Of a DNA stretch of 64,000 bases, positions 61,310 through 64,000 are shown in pieces. This DNA comes from Bacteroidales bacterium. Lineage in GTDB: Bacteria > Bacteroidota > Bacteroidia > Bacteroidales > UBA3663. The stretch is taken from NCBI GenBank assembly GCA_045639585.1, contig JAZUDJ010000088.1, positions 562 to 64,561 on the forward strand. The letters run 5' to 3'. The position numbers were made by a program, and so were the translations under genes. Positions within the stretch are counted from its first letter, which is position 1, and every line of letters starts with the position of its first letter. Under the pieces are notes generated by a model. That model ran no database searches and was not told where the DNA came from. It was given only the letters and a program-made list of their open reading frames with translations.

Positions 61310-64000
61310 TTGAAACGATTATCGACCATCATACGACGCAGTCTGCACACCATCGTCTATTCGGTGGTGCTGCTGATTGTGGCCTTATATCTGGCCACCC
61401 GCTTCAACCTGGTGGGGCTGACGGTCGATAAATCTTTGACGACAATTCTTAGCGACAAATTAGGGACACGTGTGGAGATTGATGGAGACGTAGAAGTAGA
61501 TTGGCGCAACCAGGTCGTACTGAACCGATTGACCATTTATGACCAGCAAGACGACACTCTCCTCTATGCCCGTCGCGTGATGATGGCCTATGATGTCTGG
61601 CCTCTGCTAAGTCATCATCTGGTACTCAATACCTGCCAGCTTATTGACTTCGATCTCAGAGGAAAGAAACAAGAAGGTGACAGCGTGGCAAACTTCCAGT
61701 TTGTCATCGATGCTCTCCGGAACTCGGATGATGATAGTCCTTCATTCATCCAGCAGCTCGACCTCAACGCAATCCTCCTACGACAAGGACATATTTCTTA
61801 TAATCAATATGCTGTAACCGATCTCAGTGCCAACCTGCATCTACACGACAATCACCTGCAGATTAAGAAGATGCACTTCGAGAGTATGGATGCACTGGTT
61901 AAAGCAAACCGTTGTGACCTATTCGTCGATCGCCTGCAGTATCTCCGAAAGAAACCACAGGAAGTCCAGGACATCTTCGAACTAAAAGGCTTACAGATTG
62001 AACATAAGGACCTTCTCTGTAAAGCAATCGCCAAAGGTTCATCGGAAGGGATCGCAGTGGAATTGCAACAGCTGCAGTTACCTCATGGACACAGCAAGAT
62101 CCGAGGCTTGCGTAGTGCACAGATACAGTCCTCGCTTTTCGTTTCTCGTCTCAATGCACCGCTGGACAGTTTGCTGGTCAGCATGGATATCCATGAGAGC
62201 TCTTTCCGCACCGATACACTCGGAGACCTCAGCATCAAAGCGCATCTGGAGGGCATGCCGTGTGATGCCGACTTCCAAGGTGCAATCTCTACCAGCCTTG
62301 GCAACGTCACATTGGAGGGTCATGCGATCTCGAACCTCCAGCAACGCGCCTTCCAGTTCGCAGGCCATTGTCTGACTTCTGGATTCCAACTGGCGACGCT
62401 CCTACCAGCCTCAGCGCAGGTCGGCACAATAGCGGCAAATACCGATTTTGAGATCCGATATGCACAGGACTCAACTCTTTTCTTGGCGATGGATGGCAAG
62501 ATCGACCGACTGGATTTCCGACAGCATACCTATCATGATATCCAGATCAAAGGCGAAGGATCGAAAAAGGATGGACTGAAGGGAAGCATAGCCCTGAATG
62601 ATTCCTTGGGCAATATTGACCTGAACTTTGACCTGAACATGGCCAATGTTCAAAAGAGATATAAGATAGATGGCATGCTGCATCAGCTGCAGCCCAACGC
62701 GTTACACCTGACCGACTATGAACTGACCGACAGTCTGACCATCTCTGCCAAAATTCATGCCGACCTTTTAGCCAGCAGTTGGCAGGACACAGAGGGAGAA
62801 GTCCAGCTCACGAATCTTAAGCTGCAACGTAATGAGAAGCAACTGGAGATGGAGCCGATCTATTTCGAAGGAACAGCTGATCGTGGCCAGTTGAGCAGTC
62901 AGATGCTACAGATGCAGTATCGACGAAACAGAAAACAGAAATCATATAATATCCAAGGACGTATCCCTGTCCAAAACGATCTGGCGAACTTATTGAATCG
63001 TCCGGAGCGAATGACCAACGAGGCTCATTTCGCACTGGATGTCGACTCTTTACAGCAGCTCAGAAGCCTGACACTTGACCTTCCTACCGTCTTCTTTGAT
63101 GCCAAGACTCGTTTGTCGCTTTATGCGGAGATGGAGAAAGACAAGCATGGCACGCTGCTGCCAATCCTCGACTTCAGCGCTGGCAATGGTTCTCATGGTC
63201 TTAGCGGCACCTTGAAAGGAGAGGTTGATCTCGATCCATTGGAGATCACGCTCTACCCTACCACCTTATTATATAATAATGAGGACGAGCTGACCCTGCA
63301 TGGTGGCCATCTGGCACAGACTGACGACGGCAGCTTTGCCCTCCAGAACTTCAGCTTGGAAGGTGCAGATCAATCCGTGTCCGCCTCAGGTATCTTAGGA
63401 AAGAATGGAGACAAGGACTTTATCGTCCAGCTCGATCGCTTCGAGCTCGGACAAGTATTCCGCAACTTCGACAAAGGCTATCTCCAGTTCACCGGCAAAG
63501 CCAGCGGCGACCTGGTGTTCTCAAGTGAACCAGAGAATAAACTCCACACTGAAGGCCTGAAGATTGAGAACTTTGCCTATATTGACACTCTTTTAGGCGA
63601 CGCAGACATCAATCTCGACTTTGTATTTGACAAAAAGAAGATCGATGTCGAGGCCAATTTCCTGTCCGACCATCGCTATCATACCCATGCTTATGGTGAT
63701 ATCAGACTCGGCAAGCGAGACTCCCTCGATCTCTATTTCGATACCGATCACCTGCCATTAGGCTTCATCAACTATTGGACGGGCAACATTCTTCAGAAGT
63801 TCACTGGCACTATCACTGGTCCAGCGCGCCTCTTTGGCGACGCCAAGCGACTGGAACTGGCAGGCCATCCCGTGGTCGATGGCCGCTTCACCCACAAGCT
63901 GCTCGACGCTCATTTCCATCTGAACGACACGGTTCATCTGGAACATAACTTACTATATCTTACTGACGTGACCGTTGACGACTGCCATGGACATACTATG
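61310..64000 (+). CDS. 5' part of a very large TamB/AsmA-like translocation-and-assembly protein (continues past the window end)
   Basis: Not in the ORF track because it never closes. The frame is open from TTG 61310 to base 64000 by my own translation. It has an N-terminal TM helix TIVYSVVLLIVALYLA, then long repetitive beta-rich sequence. The first in-frame ATG lies after the TM helix, hence the TTG call. Confidence 0.6.
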   Translation, partial: MKRLSTIIRRSLHTIVYSVVLLIVALYLATRFNLVGLTVDKSLTTILSDKLGTRVEIDGDVEVDWRNQVVLNRLTIYDQQDDTLLYARRVMMAYDVWPLLSHHLVLNTCQLIDFDLRGKKQEGDSVANFQFVIDALRNSDDDSPSFIQQLDLNAILLRQGHISYNQYAVTDLSANLHLHDNHLQIKKMHFESMDALVKANRCDLFVDRLQYLRKKPQEVQDIFELKGLQIEHKDLLCKAIAKGSSEGIAVELQQLQLPHGHSKIRGLRSAQIQSSLFVSRLNAPLDSLLVSMDIHESSFRTDTLGDLSIKAHLEGMPCDADFQGAISTSLGNVTLEGHAISNLQQRAFQFAGHCLTSGFQLATLLPASAQVGTIAANTDFEIRYAQDSTLFLAMDGKIDRLDFRQHTYHDIQIKGEGSKKDGLKGSIALNDSLGNIDLNFDLNMANVQKRYKIDGMLHQLQPNALHLTDYELTDSLTISAKIHADLLASSWQDTEGEVQLTNLKLQRNEKQLEMEPIYFEGTADRGQLSSQMLQMQYRRNRKQKSYNIQGRIPVQNDLANLLNRPERMTNEAHFALDVDSLQQLRSLTLDLPTVFFDAKTRLSLYAEMEKDKHGTLLPILDFSAGNGSHGLSGTLKGEVDLDPLEITLYPTTLLYNNEDELTLHGGHLAQTDDGSFALQNFSLEGADQSVSASGILGKNGDKDFIVQLDRFELGQVFRNFDKGYLQFTGKASGDLVFSSEPENKLHTEGLKIENFAYIDTLLGDADINLDFVFDKKKIDVEANFLSDHRYHTHAYGDIRLGKRDSLDLYFDTDHLPLGFINYWTGNILQKFTGTITGPARLFGDAKRLELAGHPVVDGRFTHKLLDAHFHLNDTVHLEHNLLYLTDVTVDDCHGHTM

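Noticed and set aside
1-64000. Search for tRNA, rRNA, integrase/transposase genes, IS termini and cas genes
   Set aside because: I recognised none. All intergenic gaps over 80 bp were read on both strands and contain only the promoters, hairpins and repeats listed. For that reason the 21-25 kb module is not called a mobile element.

Overview
This is a Bacteroidota-type chromosomal window, probably Prevotella/Segatella-like. That call is an inference from gene content, TAnnTTTG promoter boxes and codon style. About 46 kb (6214-52684) is one minus-strand run of surface-polysaccharide genes. It holds roughly 25 glycosyl/sugar transferases (GT2, GT4, GT8, GT11, GT32, a GT-C-like protein and a small PglC/WcfS-type initiating transferase). 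It also holds a DegT aminotransferase, a GNAT, Glf, an NAD-epimerase, a pyruvyl transferase, an O-acyltransferase and a sulfatase-fold (phosphoethanolamine-transferase-like) enzyme. Export and assembly genes are an EpsG/Wzy-like polymerase, a Wzx flippase, a Wzm/Wzt ABC exporter and Wza/Wzc. A 4-kb non-glycan module at 21028-24949 splits the run: an AraC-type HTH protein, a VirE-like P-loop protein and a Fic protein. Flanking housekeeping genes are a GtrB-like GT2, apbE, pyrB and pyrI on the left. On the right are an ABC-2 transporter, a Tat-signal aldo/keto reductase, a polyferredoxin, dnaJ, an HD hydrolase, a DUF1343/NamZ-like protein and the 5' part of a TamB-like gene. I saw no rRNA, tRNA, CRISPR array, integrase or transposase. 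The two most unusual signals are not genes. (1) A dispersed family of imperfect heptanucleotide tandem arrays (units GGAGTGA/GGAATTA/GGAGTTA/GTAATTN) has at least 17 copies. They lie in intergenic gaps, across stop/start junctions and in frame inside at least nine unrelated ORFs in both orientations. Separate copies share exact 16-20-mers. (2) Five palindromic sites with exact 42-bp phasing lie directly upstream of the HTH-VirE-Fic module. Other observations include compositional mosaicism, an about 96-bp in-frame insertion visible against an in-window paralogue, gene remnants, homopolymer tracts and structured spacers. All coordinates were counted by hand from the printed sequence. GC statements are eye estimates, and family assignments come from motif recognition, not searches.
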